Virus record (IMG/VR): IMGVR_UViG_3300028734_000012
Location: 32,001 to 96,000 of that record
Reading direction: 5' to 3' (one strand)
DNA: 64,000 nt
Source: a virus
Positions 49,887 through 58,716 of the stretch are shown in pieces. The translations under genes and the position numbers were made by a program. The notes beneath the pieces are model-generated. The model was not told the DNA's origin, did no database searches, and was given only the letters and a program-made list of their open reading frames with translations. Position 1 is the stretch's first letter. Each line of letters starts with the position of its first letter.

Positions 49887-49986
49887 ATCATAACACATAA
49901 AAATAAAATGTGGCTAGTCGATTACTGCTTGGCTGATTGGTAGTATAGGTTATGTAGCCTTAGTTTTACTTTGACTATATAAATAT

Positions 49987-50062
49987 GGGGATATAATTCA
50001 TTTGGTAGAATATCTGCCTTGCAAGCAGAACGTGAACGGTTCAAATCCGTTTATCTCCACCA
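49987..50062 (+). tRNA. tRNA-Ala(TGC)
   Basis: G3-U70; TCTGC-CTTGCAA-GCAGA; CCA. Confidence 0.95.
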
Positions 50063-50159
50063 ACATATCAAGTCGGAATGGAGACATTAAACCCATATCC
50101 ATTCCAGAATAAAACTGTGAAAAATTGATGGTTATACTTCCATACAAAAAGTAATTTAT

Positions 50160-50233
50160 GGTCAATTATTTTAACGGTAGAATCTCTGTTTTGTAATCAG
50201 AAGATGCGGGTTCGATTCCTGCATTGACCTCCA
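50160..50233 (+). tRNA. tRNA-Thr(TGT)
   Basis: GGTCAAT/ATTGACC; TTTGTAA loop; CCA. Confidence 0.85.
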
Positions 50234-50350
50234 CTTTCATTGACCTATATCTGCTTTGTTGCAAGAGTGGTGTAGAGAGAAAGCTTTAACTGTTTGTATG
50301 TATAACATGACTGCAACTATGTACTTTAGTACACAAAAACATTCGTTCAT

Positions 50351-50427
50351 ACGCTAATGGCTTAACTGGATAAAGCATCAGATTTCTAATCTGTGTATTG
50401 GGGGTTCAAGTCCCTCTTAGCGTACCA
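50351..50427 (+). tRNA. tRNA-Arg(TCT)
   Basis: ACGCTAA/TTAGCGT; TTTCTAA loop; CCA. Confidence 0.9.
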
Positions 50428-50432
50428 AATTA

Positions 50433-50488
50433 AAGATACTTACAGCTATTAAATAAAATCAAGCTTTATTGATAAAAATAGTATCTTG
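50433..50488 (+). ncRNA. ACAGC-stem RNA copy 6
   Basis: AAGATACT-TACAGCTA...AGTATCTTG. Confidence 0.6.
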
Positions 50489-50494
50489 TTATAT

Positions 50495-50568
50495 GGGGCA
50501 ATAGTCCAACGGTAGAACGTCAGCTTCCAAAACTGATTACGTGGGTTCAACTCCTACTTGCTTCGCCA
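50495..50568 (+). tRNA. tRNA-Trp(CCA)
   Basis: TTCCAAA loop; GCCA end. Confidence 0.85.
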
Positions 50569-50605
50569 AATATCTCATTGAACGTGAGTATAAAGAATGT
50601 TCATT

Positions 50606-50634
50606 AAACACCTATTTTTTATAGGTGTTTTTTT
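50606..50634 (+). terminator. terminator of the tRNA operon
   Basis: AAACACCTAT/ATAGGTGTTT stem plus T tract. Confidence 0.75.
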
Positions 50635-50711
50635 GTTATGTAAAAATACAAAATCTATATTTTATTTATATATAAAATTAATTTATATATAGAAGAAAGA
50701 GAGGAATTAAT

Positions 50712-52304
50712 ATGGCTGAAATCCATGTAGCGCCACAAATACAGAATGATGATGGCACTTTTACTGATGTAAAAATTCAAACAGATTCAAGTCAAGTATT
50801 TAATACTGATGGCACTACAGTACAATCACATGTTGATAATTCTAGTAAACATATTACCAAATGTTCGCACGTTAAGATTGGTACTGTTCATAATTTATCA
50901 GATGATAATATAGGGACTGTAACAGGCTCTAATGTCACAATTAATGGGACTGTAAATACTAGCATTAAAAGCTTAATTATTAATGGTAGCACTACTTTAA
51001 CTGGGACTGGAATAGCTTCTCCAAATAATCTTTATACTATAACAGGAGTAGTTGCTCCAAGTATTACTATCAACGATGTGGTACGCTCTACTACTATTAT
51101 TAATGCACTTTATAGTATGAGTGATGGAGTAAAAGATACCGTAAATATTACAACAGGAATAAGAACTAATTACACTGGATTAGTTAAATTTGTTGGCAAT
51201 GAAACTTGGTCAATATATTCTACTTCTGATAATTCTACTTCTGTATGTTTTTATGTTAGTTCTTTTACAAATAGATTAGCATCAAGTACAGACGTATGTA
51301 ATGAGTTTACATATAAAACAAATCTTTTAAGTAGTACTACAACAGATGAAGGGTACTGGTTAAGTGACGTACAAGCAAATGCAACCCTTGGATATTTCCG
51401 TGTAAATAAAAGCAGATTAATTGGATGGTCTGATTCACTTTCTGATGTAAACAAAATTGCATTATTTAAAACTTGGCTTTCTTCATATAATCTTATTGTA
51501 TTATATGAATTATTAACACCAACAACTTCTACAGAAACAATTCAAGAGTTTAGAACAGCGGATACAACTACAAATGTATCTATAGATAAAGGTTCATTTA
51601 CATTAGTTTATTTTAAAGATATGTTAGGTAGTAATACGATAAGTTTTCAAACTACTGCTGATTTTACCGTTGGAGATACATGGAAAATTAATGGTTCTCA
51701 ATTAATTGCAAAAATGATTAATGGTAATGCATTATATACCAATGTATTTAAATCTGGTGGATTTATTGTAGGTAAAATTGATGGCTCTAATTTATTAATA
51801 AGTATTACTGATGGCGGTAATTCAGATACTGTAGATGGAAAACATTCAAGCGATTTTGTACCAAAGGTTATTGGTTGTACTGGTAGTTGTGATGGTTATT
51901 TTCAGACAGGAGTTTATCAAGGTATATTTACAAATTATCCACCTTCATTACCAGATGGTCAAGGAAACTTAATTGTGCATTCATATAGTACAACTTCTAC
52001 AAGTGCTGGGTGGACACAACAAGAGTTTGTATCTGCTCAAACAAGTGTTAAAAACATAAGGAAAGCAGTTAATGGTGTTTGGGAATCATGGGGAACTCAA
52101 TATTCTTCTTTAAATATTGGTACTGCAAGTGTTTTAAATGCAGATACTGTAGATGGGATACATGCCGCTGATTTAGGTGGTATGTATGTAGGAATTGTCG
52201 CCCCAACTGCTGTAACAAAAGGTTGGATAGATACTGCTAATGGCGGTATATTGAAATATTTTAATGGTACTGCTTGGGTAGCGGCTAAAGGAGTTTGGGG
52301 ATGA
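50712..52304 (+). CDS. tail fibre-like virion protein
   Basis: Thr/Ser/Gly-rich; repeated DTVDG.H motifs; knob-like segment; C-terminal WIDT..GG.LKYFNG..W. Confidence 0.65.
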   Translation: MAEIHVAPQIQNDDGTFTDVKIQTDSSQVFNTDGTTVQSHVDNSSKHITKCSHVKIGTVHNLSDDNIGTVTGSNVTINGTVNTSIKSLIINGSTTLTGTGIASPNNLYTITGVVAPSITINDVVRSTTIINALYSMSDGVKDTVNITTGIRTNYTGLVKFVGNETWSIYSTSDNSTSVCFYVSSFTNRLASSTDVCNEFTYKTNLLSSTTTDEGYWLSDVQANATLGYFRVNKSRLIGWSDSLSDVNKIALFKTWLSSYNLIVLYELLTPTTSTETIQEFRTADTTTNVSIDKGSFTLVYFKDMLGSNTISFQTTADFTVGDTWKINGSQLIAKMINGNALYTNVFKSGGFIVGKIDGSNLLISITDGGNSDTVDGKHSSDFVPKVIGCTGSCDGYFQTGVYQGIFTNYPPSLPDGQGNLIVHSYSTTSTSAGWTQQEFVSAQTSVKNIRKAVNGVWESWGTQYSSLNIGTASVLNADTVDGIHAADLGGMYVGIVAPTAVTKGWIDTANGGILKYFNGTAWVAAKGVWG

Positions 52305-52310
52305 GTATAA

Positions 52311-52982
52311 ATGAGTGAAATGATTTCTAGTGAACTAATTGCTTTAAAAGCAAAAGTAAAAGCAGAAATGCAAAGAAGAGCATATACGGGAAGTCTTGTT
52401 GCTTATGCTGATACTTCTTGGGATTTTTCTACAACACCTGCTACGGGTGGAATAATATTAGCTGAACATGGTAAAAAAGTTATAGAACCATTACTAGCAG
52501 TTAAAACATATGGAGATTTAGTTCCTGTTGTTTCAGGCGCTATTATCCCTACATCTTTTGATAATACTGGATTAACAACTATAGTTAATAATTTAGCCGC
52601 AGAAGCTACTACAACGTCAGCATCTTCATGTTCTGCATCATGTACAGGATTATGTGTTGCTTGTACTGGTAGTTGCACTGGTGGTTGTAGCGGTAGTTGT
52701 AGCGGTAGTTGTAAAACTGGATGTAGCGGATGTGAGGGTTGCGGAGTATGTGATGTTACTTGTTTAGGATTTTGTAAAGCAACTTGTAATACCACATGTA
52801 CTCCATGTACTGGATGTTCTAGTATGTGTGCTGGTACTTGTGGGGCATGTACATCGTGTGATGGTTGCTCTGGATGTAGTGGTTCTAAATCTTCTGGTGC
52901 TAACTGTAGCGGATACTGTTCCAGTACATGTACAAGCAGTTGCGGAGCATGTACTGGATGTTCTGGTCAAAGAGCGAGTTAA
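52311..52982 (+). CDS. Cys-rich CXXX-repeat radical SAM target protein
   Basis: About 105-aa Cys-free N-terminus, then 30 Cys in CXX/CXXX spacing. Confidence 0.8.
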   Translation: MSEMISSELIALKAKVKAEMQRRAYTGSLVAYADTSWDFSTTPATGGIILAEHGKKVIEPLLAVKTYGDLVPVVSGAIIPTSFDNTGLTTIVNNLAAEATTTSASSCSASCTGLCVACTGSCTGGCSGSCSGSCKTGCSGCEGCGVCDVTCLGFCKATCNTTCTPCTGCSSMCAGTCGACTSCDGCSGCSGSKSSGANCSGYCSSTCTSSCGACTGCSGQRAS

Positions 52983-53005
52983 AATAAAAGGAGAAATATT
53001 TTATT

Positions 53006-53299
53006 ATGAAGGTAGAAATTAAAGGGGAACTTGTCGATTATATAGAATCATTGCAATATGAAACATATGCACGTAAAGATATTATAGCGTTTATGTTAGA
53101 AAAAAATATGAATATGAGTACTGATTCTGCAAAAGAATATCAAAAAGAATATAAAAGGTATTTTTCTGAATATGAAATTGCACTACAACAATTGAAAGAA
53201 TTATACATATATGCTAATCCTAGTATTGCTGATAAAGAAGTCAAATGGAGTTTAGATTTTGAGAGCAAAATGTTAACAATCGAGGTAGATAATGTATAA
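53006..53299 (+). CDS. small accessory protein of the CXXX-repeat modification locus
   Basis: Helical body, C-terminal W.LDF motif; lies between target and rSAM genes. Confidence 0.6.
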   Translation: MKVEIKGELVDYIESLQYETYARKDIIAFMLEKNMNMSTDSAKEYQKEYKRYFSEYEIALQQLKELYIYANPSIADKEVKWSLDFESKMLTIEVDNV

Positions 53300-54614
53300 A
53301 AAAATAGAACAATATGCTGATTATATCAATAGACTATTTCCACAACCATATGACGGTGATGTGCATCATAAAAAACTTGCACGTACAATAACATTTCAAG
53401 TTACTGATGATTGTAACCTAAGATGTACATATTGTTATGAAATTAACAAAGGTCATCATTTTATGAATTTTGATATAGCAAAACGTTTTATAGATGATAT
53501 ATTAAATACAGATATAGATACCAATGAATATATTAATATTGATAATTCTCCTGCTATTATAATGGAATTTATAGGTGGAGAACCATTCCTAGCAATAGAT
53601 TTGATTGATAAAATAACTGATTATTTTATTACACAAATGATTATAAAAAAACATCCGTGGGCTACAAGATTTATGATAACTATCTGTTCTAACGGTGTAT
53701 TATATTTTGATGAAAGAGTACAAACTTATATAAAGAAACACTTACATCATTTATCATTTTCCGTATCTGTAGATGGTAATAAGAGATTACATGATACTTG
53801 CAGAGTATTCCCTAATGGTATGGGTTCTTATGATATGGCTATAAAAGCAGTTAAGCACTTTACAGAAGTGCTTGGTGGTAAAATGGGAAGTAAGATGACA
53901 CTTGCTCCTGCTAATATAGGGTATACATTTGAAGCTGTTGAAAATCTTATTAAATTAGGATATGAACAAATATTTCTTAATACTGTATATGAAAAAGGAT
54001 GGACTAAAGAAAACGCAACTACACTATATGAACAACTTAAAATGGTAGCTGATTATTTATTAGAAAATGGGTTACAAAATAAGATATACCTATCTATTTT
54101 TGAGGAAGATTTTGCAAGACCAAAGGGCACTGATGATATTGATAATTGGTGTGGTGGTACTGGCAACATGATTGCTGTAGATTATAAGGGAGATATTTTT
54201 CCATGCTTACGTTATATGGAAAGTAGTCTAGGTGATGACCAAGAACCTATGATAATTGGTAATGTATTTGACGGTATGATGAAAACAGAAAAACAATGTG
54301 ATTGTGTTAATTGTTTAGGATGTATTGATAGAAGAACACAATCTACTGATGAATGTTTTAATTGTCCTATTGCGCAAGGTTGTGGATGGTGTTCTGCTCA
54401 TAATTATCAAGAGTTTGGTACGGCTAATAAAAGAACTACATATGCTTGCGATATGCATAAAGCAAGAGCATTGGCTAATGTATACTTTTGGAATAAAACA
54501 TATGCTAAAAACGGTATAGCTAAAAGATTTAAAAATTACGTACCAGACGAATGGGCTTTAGAAATTATAAATAAAGATGAACTTGAAATGCTTAAAAGTT
54601 TAGAAAAGAGATGA
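53292..54614 (+). CDS. radical SAM/SPASM peptide maturase, CXXX-repeat target type
   Basis: CNLRCTYC, FIGGEP, SVDG....HD; SPASM WCGG...PC...CFNCPI..GCGWC. Confidence 0.9.
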   Translation: MYKKIEQYADYINRLFPQPYDGDVHHKKLARTITFQVTDDCNLRCTYCYEINKGHHFMNFDIAKRFIDDILNTDIDTNEYINIDNSPAIIMEFIGGEPFLAIDLIDKITDYFITQMIIKKHPWATRFMITICSNGVLYFDERVQTYIKKHLHHLSFSVSVDGNKRLHDTCRVFPNGMGSYDMAIKAVKHFTEVLGGKMGSKMTLAPANIGYTFEAVENLIKLGYEQIFLNTVYEKGWTKENATTLYEQLKMVADYLLENGLQNKIYLSIFEEDFARPKGTDDIDNWCGGTGNMIAVDYKGDIFPCLRYMESSLGDDQEPMIIGNVFDGMMKTEKQCDCVNCLGCIDRRTQSTDECFNCPIAQGCGWCSAHNYQEFGTANKRTTYACDMHKARALANVYFWNKTYAKNGIAKRFKNYVPDEWALEIINKDELEMLKSLEKR

Positions 54615-54618
54615 TATA

Positions 54619-54945
54619 ATGTTTAAAATTAAATTAATTGATGGCACGATTTTTAACGCAACTTCTGTAGAAGAAAATTTTAGAACAGAAGTTACTGGTG
54701 ATGCTCATATTTCACTTACTATACAAAATGATAAAGCTGAACCTAGTGATAACCTTGAAGTATATAAAAATAAATTGATTACCGAAAATCTTAAATCAAT
54801 TTCAGTATACGATGAAACTGGTAAAAATCTAATTACTGTATATCAAGGATATGTATTTGTTAGATATTTAGCGGCTAGGATTCAAGCGAATGGAAGTATA
54901 CTATACGATTTTAATCTTACTAAAGAAGACTTAGTAACAGTATAA
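54619..54945 (+). CDS. hypothetical phage protein
   Basis: KIKL.DGT start; in operon. Confidence 0.65.
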   Translation: MFKIKLIDGTIFNATSVEENFRTEVTGDAHISLTIQNDKAEPSDNLEVYKNKLITENLKSISVYDETGKNLITVYQGYVFVRYLAARIQANGSILYDFNLTKEDLVTV

Positions 54946-55031
54946 TAATCTAAAAACAAATCATAATTGAGTAGGATAATTTCCCCCTTATATATGAATG
55001 GTTTAAACTTATTTTTAAGGGAGATGCTAAT

Positions 55032-55478
55032 ATGCAAGCACAGATTGATATGAATAGCGTATCAATTATTGTTGGGCTTATCTTATCTTTAAGTGCAATA
55101 ATTGGATTATTATTCAAGGTATTTAAGAAATTTGATAAGATTGATAAAATTGATATAATTTTAGTCAAAGTAGAGGAATTAGAGAAGAAATTTATTTTTG
55201 TAGATGTTATGAAGCAAGATTTTGAAGCAAATGCAAAAGAATCAGAAACTAAAATTACTTTACTCTCTGGATTAAAAGATGATGTAAAAGAGATATCTAC
55301 GCAATTAGAGGAAGTAAAAGAAGAAACACGATTTAATACTAGCATGAATAAAGTTGATACAGAAGTATTAGAAGCGTTAGCAGACCATGCCATTAAAACA
55401 CAGAATGCTAATGGTAAGGTACATAGAAGTTTAGAAATGCTAGAAAAACTAAAATTTAATAATCCAAAATTTTCATAA
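55032..55478 (+). CDS. TM plus coiled-coil protein (holin-like)
   Basis: Single N-terminal TM, coiled coil, NGKV motif. Confidence 0.5.
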   Translation: MQAQIDMNSVSIIVGLILSLSAIIGLLFKVFKKFDKIDKIDIILVKVEELEKKFIFVDVMKQDFEANAKESETKITLLSGLKDDVKEISTQLEEVKEETRFNTSMNKVDTEVLEALADHAIKTQNANGKVHRSLEMLEKLKFNNPKFS

Positions 55479-55559
55479 TTATCGTACTACTACATTTTAC
55501 TAATTGTTTACCCCTTTGATATTATTATTTAAAAATAATTAAAAAAGGAGTTTTATATT

Positions 55560-55709
55560 ATGGCTTTGACAACTAAACAAATTAAAGATTTAAATAATAT
55601 GAATATATCGGCTCAAAAAGCAAAGTTAGGAACGGAGATACAATCTATATTATCACAAATTGGTGATATAGAGATAATACTAGATATAATTAATGGTGAG
55701 ATTGTATGA
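55560..55709 (+). CDS. 49-aa phage protein (not in ORF track)
   Basis: AAGGAG SD; IGDI...LD.INGE.V C-terminus; ATGA overlap with next gene. Confidence 0.6.
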   Translation: MALTTKQIKDLNNMNISAQKAKLGTEIQSILSQIGDIEIILDIINGEIV

Positions 55710-57376
55710 GTATAATTAACAAATTACAATATTTAAATGAAACTAAAAATGAAATTAAAAATGCTATTAGAGATAAAGGTGTCGAGATATTAGACACTGA
55801 TATTTTTAGAAATTATCCTAATAAGATTAGTCAAATTAGTGGTGGTAGCGTTGAACCGCCATCCCCTTTAGAGGTATACAATACAACTAGACCTAAAGAT
55901 TGGCTGACGATGCCAATCCCTAATGATAATGAAGCTTATATGTTATTTTTAATACCACATACTGATATGGCTTTGTTTGCTATAAATGTAATATGTGACG
56001 GTATCTATAGCGTTTATTTTGGTGCTAATGAAAGCATAATCAATATATTGAGCGGGACTACAGCCGAAAAAACACTTGATTTTAATGATTATGATGATTT
56101 AACTTCTGATGGGTTTAAACAGGTAATGATAAGAATAACTGGTGAAAATATTACGGATATAAGTCTTGTATCTCATAGTTTGAAAAATGGTTATACAGAT
56201 TTTACGGTTGTAGATTTTATTGGGAAATTACCTGTTGTAGAAGATATTAAGATAACATCTAATAATTTAAGATACTTTAATCTAATTGGGAATAACAATA
56301 TAAGTCAGGTATCTGATATATCTAATCCTATGGTATTTAATAAATGTATATCATTAATCGCATTATTATCATTAAACACTAGCAAAGTTACTAGCATGAA
56401 TAGTATGTTTAGCAATTGCACCTCTTTAAAAAGTATACCATTATTAGATACAAGTAATGTTACTGATATGAATAATATGTTTAGCGGTTGCAATTGTTTA
56501 AAAAGTATACCATTATTAGATACAAGTAAAGTTACTAATATGAATAATATGTTTGATAGTTGTTTTTCTTTAACAAATATACCACTATTAGATACAAGTA
56601 ATGTTACTGATATGAGTAGCATGTTATCTTTTTGTCAGCTTTTAAAAAATATACCATTATTAGATACAAGAAATGTTACCGATATGAATAATATGTTTTC
56701 CACTTGTGTTTCTTTAATAAGTATACCATTATTAAACACTAGCAAAGTTACTAGCATGAATAGTATGTTTAGCAATTGCACCTCTTTAACAAATATACCA
56801 TTATTAGACACAAGTAATGTTACTGATATGAGTTATATGTTTATTGGGTGCAATTGCTTAATAAATATACCATTACTAAACACTAGCAAAGTTACTAATA
56901 TGAATAATATGTTTAGTAGTTGTATGTGTTTAAAAAGTATACCATTATTAGATACAATCAACGTTACTGATATGAGTAATATGTTTAATAGTTGTTTTTT
57001 TTTAAAAAGTATACCATTATTAGATACAAGTAATGTTATTGATATGAGTTATATATTTTATAATTGTACGTCTTTAATGGACATACCGTTGTTAAACATA
57101 AAAAGTCTTGTATCTAATGATGGTATGTTTAATTACTGTTCCTCAATATATAATATATTATTTGGTGGTCTAAATGTATCTAGTATTATAATTTCCATAC
57201 GTTCATGTCCTTTATCACATAAAGCAATAGTTAATTTAATTAATTCATTACCAATATCTGCGGAAAGTTCTACTTTAAATATTATTAACATTTTGAATAA
57301 TGAACCGCTAACAGATGCAGAAAAGTTAGTTGCTAATAATAAAAATTGGGATATAGCTACAGGAGAATTGGAATAA
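55706..57376 (+). CDS. BspA/DUF285-type repeat protein, probable virion-surface or receptor-binding protein
   Basis: About 10 tandem 24-aa IPLLDTSNVTDMNNMF..C..L repeats; N-terminal TK..IK.AI..KGV motif. Confidence 0.85.
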   Translation: MSIINKLQYLNETKNEIKNAIRDKGVEILDTDIFRNYPNKISQISGGSVEPPSPLEVYNTTRPKDWLTMPIPNDNEAYMLFLIPHTDMALFAINVICDGIYSVYFGANESIINILSGTTAEKTLDFNDYDDLTSDGFKQVMIRITGENITDISLVSHSLKNGYTDFTVVDFIGKLPVVEDIKITSNNLRYFNLIGNNNISQVSDISNPMVFNKCISLIALLSLNTSKVTSMNSMFSNCTSLKSIPLLDTSNVTDMNNMFSGCNCLKSIPLLDTSKVTNMNNMFDSCFSLTNIPLLDTSNVTDMSSMLSFCQLLKNIPLLDTRNVTDMNNMFSTCVSLISIPLLNTSKVTSMNSMFSNCTSLTNIPLLDTSNVTDMSYMFIGCNCLINIPLLNTSKVTNMNNMFSSCMCLKSIPLLDTINVTDMSNMFNSCFFLKSIPLLDTSNVIDMSYIFYNCTSLMDIPLLNIKSLVSNDGMFNYCSSIYNILFGGLNVSSIIISIRSCPLSHKAIVNLINSLPISAESSTLNIINILNNEPLTDAEKLVANNKNWDIATGELE

Positions 57377-57411
57377 TCATAATTTTTAGAATCGAAAGGA
57401 ATGTTTTTTTA

Positions 57412-58701
57412 TTGAGTAAAATCGAACAAGAGAACTTTATCTTATCCCTGTATAGAGATAAGGGTTTATGCTATAGAGAGATAGCTATTAAATCAAATGA
57501 AAAATTTTCGACTGATTATTGGGATAACGAAAGAATTAGAAGCGTTATTAGAAAGTCAAGAAAAACATCTAAAATTATCCCAAATAAACCACTTAATGTT
57601 CAAGAACATTCTATGGGTTATAAAGATAGCACACAGTTAAATCAAGATGGTTCAATGGTTTCTGACCGTATTATTGAAATATGTGAAGAAGATTTAAAAA
57701 GTCCAGAGAGATTATTAGAAGCGCATAAATTTGATGCTTCTAAATGGGAATTAATTAATTGTAAAAACAATTTGTGGAATGCACCAGCAGGAAACGGATT
57801 AAAGATTGTTATGTATCAAAGTAAAATCACAGTAAAACCAAAAAAAGATTTTGCTTGGTCAGCGGATTATATTGAACAGTTATTCGATAACATAAAAATA
57901 AAGGACATTTCAAATATCAAAAAAGAACAATATGAGAAGAATGGGAAGGCTTTAATACTTCCAATTACTGATTTACATTATGCTCTTAGAAGTTATGTTG
58001 AAAGTTCTGGTAATGAATACGACGAAAATATAGCTGAAAAAATATTCTATCAAGTTGTTAACGATGTATTAGAAAGAACTAAACATCTTAAATTTGAAAA
58101 AATATACTTCACTATTGGTTCAGATATAATCAATGTAGATAACAAAATGGGCACTACAACTAAAGGCACTCCACAAGTAGAATCTATGGAAGTTGAAAAA
58201 GCAGTTATTAACGTTACTAATATGTTAATTTCTACTATTGAAAGATTAAGAAAAATCTCTAATGTTGAAGTTATACATATACCGTCTAATCATGATTACC
58301 ATGTTGCTTTCGGAATTGCAAATGCTTTGCGTGTGAAATATGATGGCTGTGAAGACGTTAATGTAGACTATGAGTGGATTGAAAGAAAATATAAGGTTTT
58401 TGGTAAAACTTTAATTGGGTTTGCGCATGATTTAAGACAAAACAATATTAATGATATTGTTAATTCCGATGCAAGACAATTATTAGGTCAAACTGAAAAT
58501 ACGGTATATCTATTGGCTCACTATCACCATGAGAGCGTTGTTGATAAAGGTGGTACTGATGTAAGAAGATTGCCAACTGTATCCGCATTAAGTAGATGGG
58601 GATACGAACAAGGATATGGCGCTGTGAGAAAGAATCAGTCATTTGTACTTGATTCTGAACACGGTATAAGCGATATCATATATACATTTATAGAAGAATA
58701 A
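57412..58701 (+). CDS. calcineurin-like metallophosphoesterase (YonJ-like) with N-terminal HTH
   Basis: DLH, GSD, SNHD, FAH and AHYH motifs; TTG start after GAAAGGA. Confidence 0.75.
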   Translation: MSKIEQENFILSLYRDKGLCYREIAIKSNEKFSTDYWDNERIRSVIRKSRKTSKIIPNKPLNVQEHSMGYKDSTQLNQDGSMVSDRIIEICEEDLKSPERLLEAHKFDASKWELINCKNNLWNAPAGNGLKIVMYQSKITVKPKKDFAWSADYIEQLFDNIKIKDISNIKKEQYEKNGKALILPITDLHYALRSYVESSGNEYDENIAEKIFYQVVNDVLERTKHLKFEKIYFTIGSDIINVDNKMGTTTKGTPQVESMEVEKAVINVTNMLISTIERLRKISNVEVIHIPSNHDYHVAFGIANALRVKYDGCEDVNVDYEWIERKYKVFGKTLIGFAHDLRQNNINDIVNSDARQLLGQTENTVYLLAHYHHESVVDKGGTDVRRLPTVSALSRWGYEQGYGAVRKNQSFVLDSEHGISDIIYTFIEE

Positions 58702-58716
58702 AAAGGGGTTGGTTAG

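Noticed and set aside
44871-50568. Stop-codon recoding with a suppressor tRNA, as often linked to theta ribozymes
   Set aside because: No CTA, TTA or TCA anticodon was found, and long genes are intact under the standard code
55706-57376. Diversity-generating retroelement target
   Set aside because: No reverse transcriptase or separate template repeat in the window; the repeats are in-frame protein repeats
6199-57411. ORF-track start codons at 6199, 23245, 45075, 48087 and 57346
   Set aside because: They fall in -35 boxes, structured leaders or the upstream gene; downstream starts have proper SD sequences
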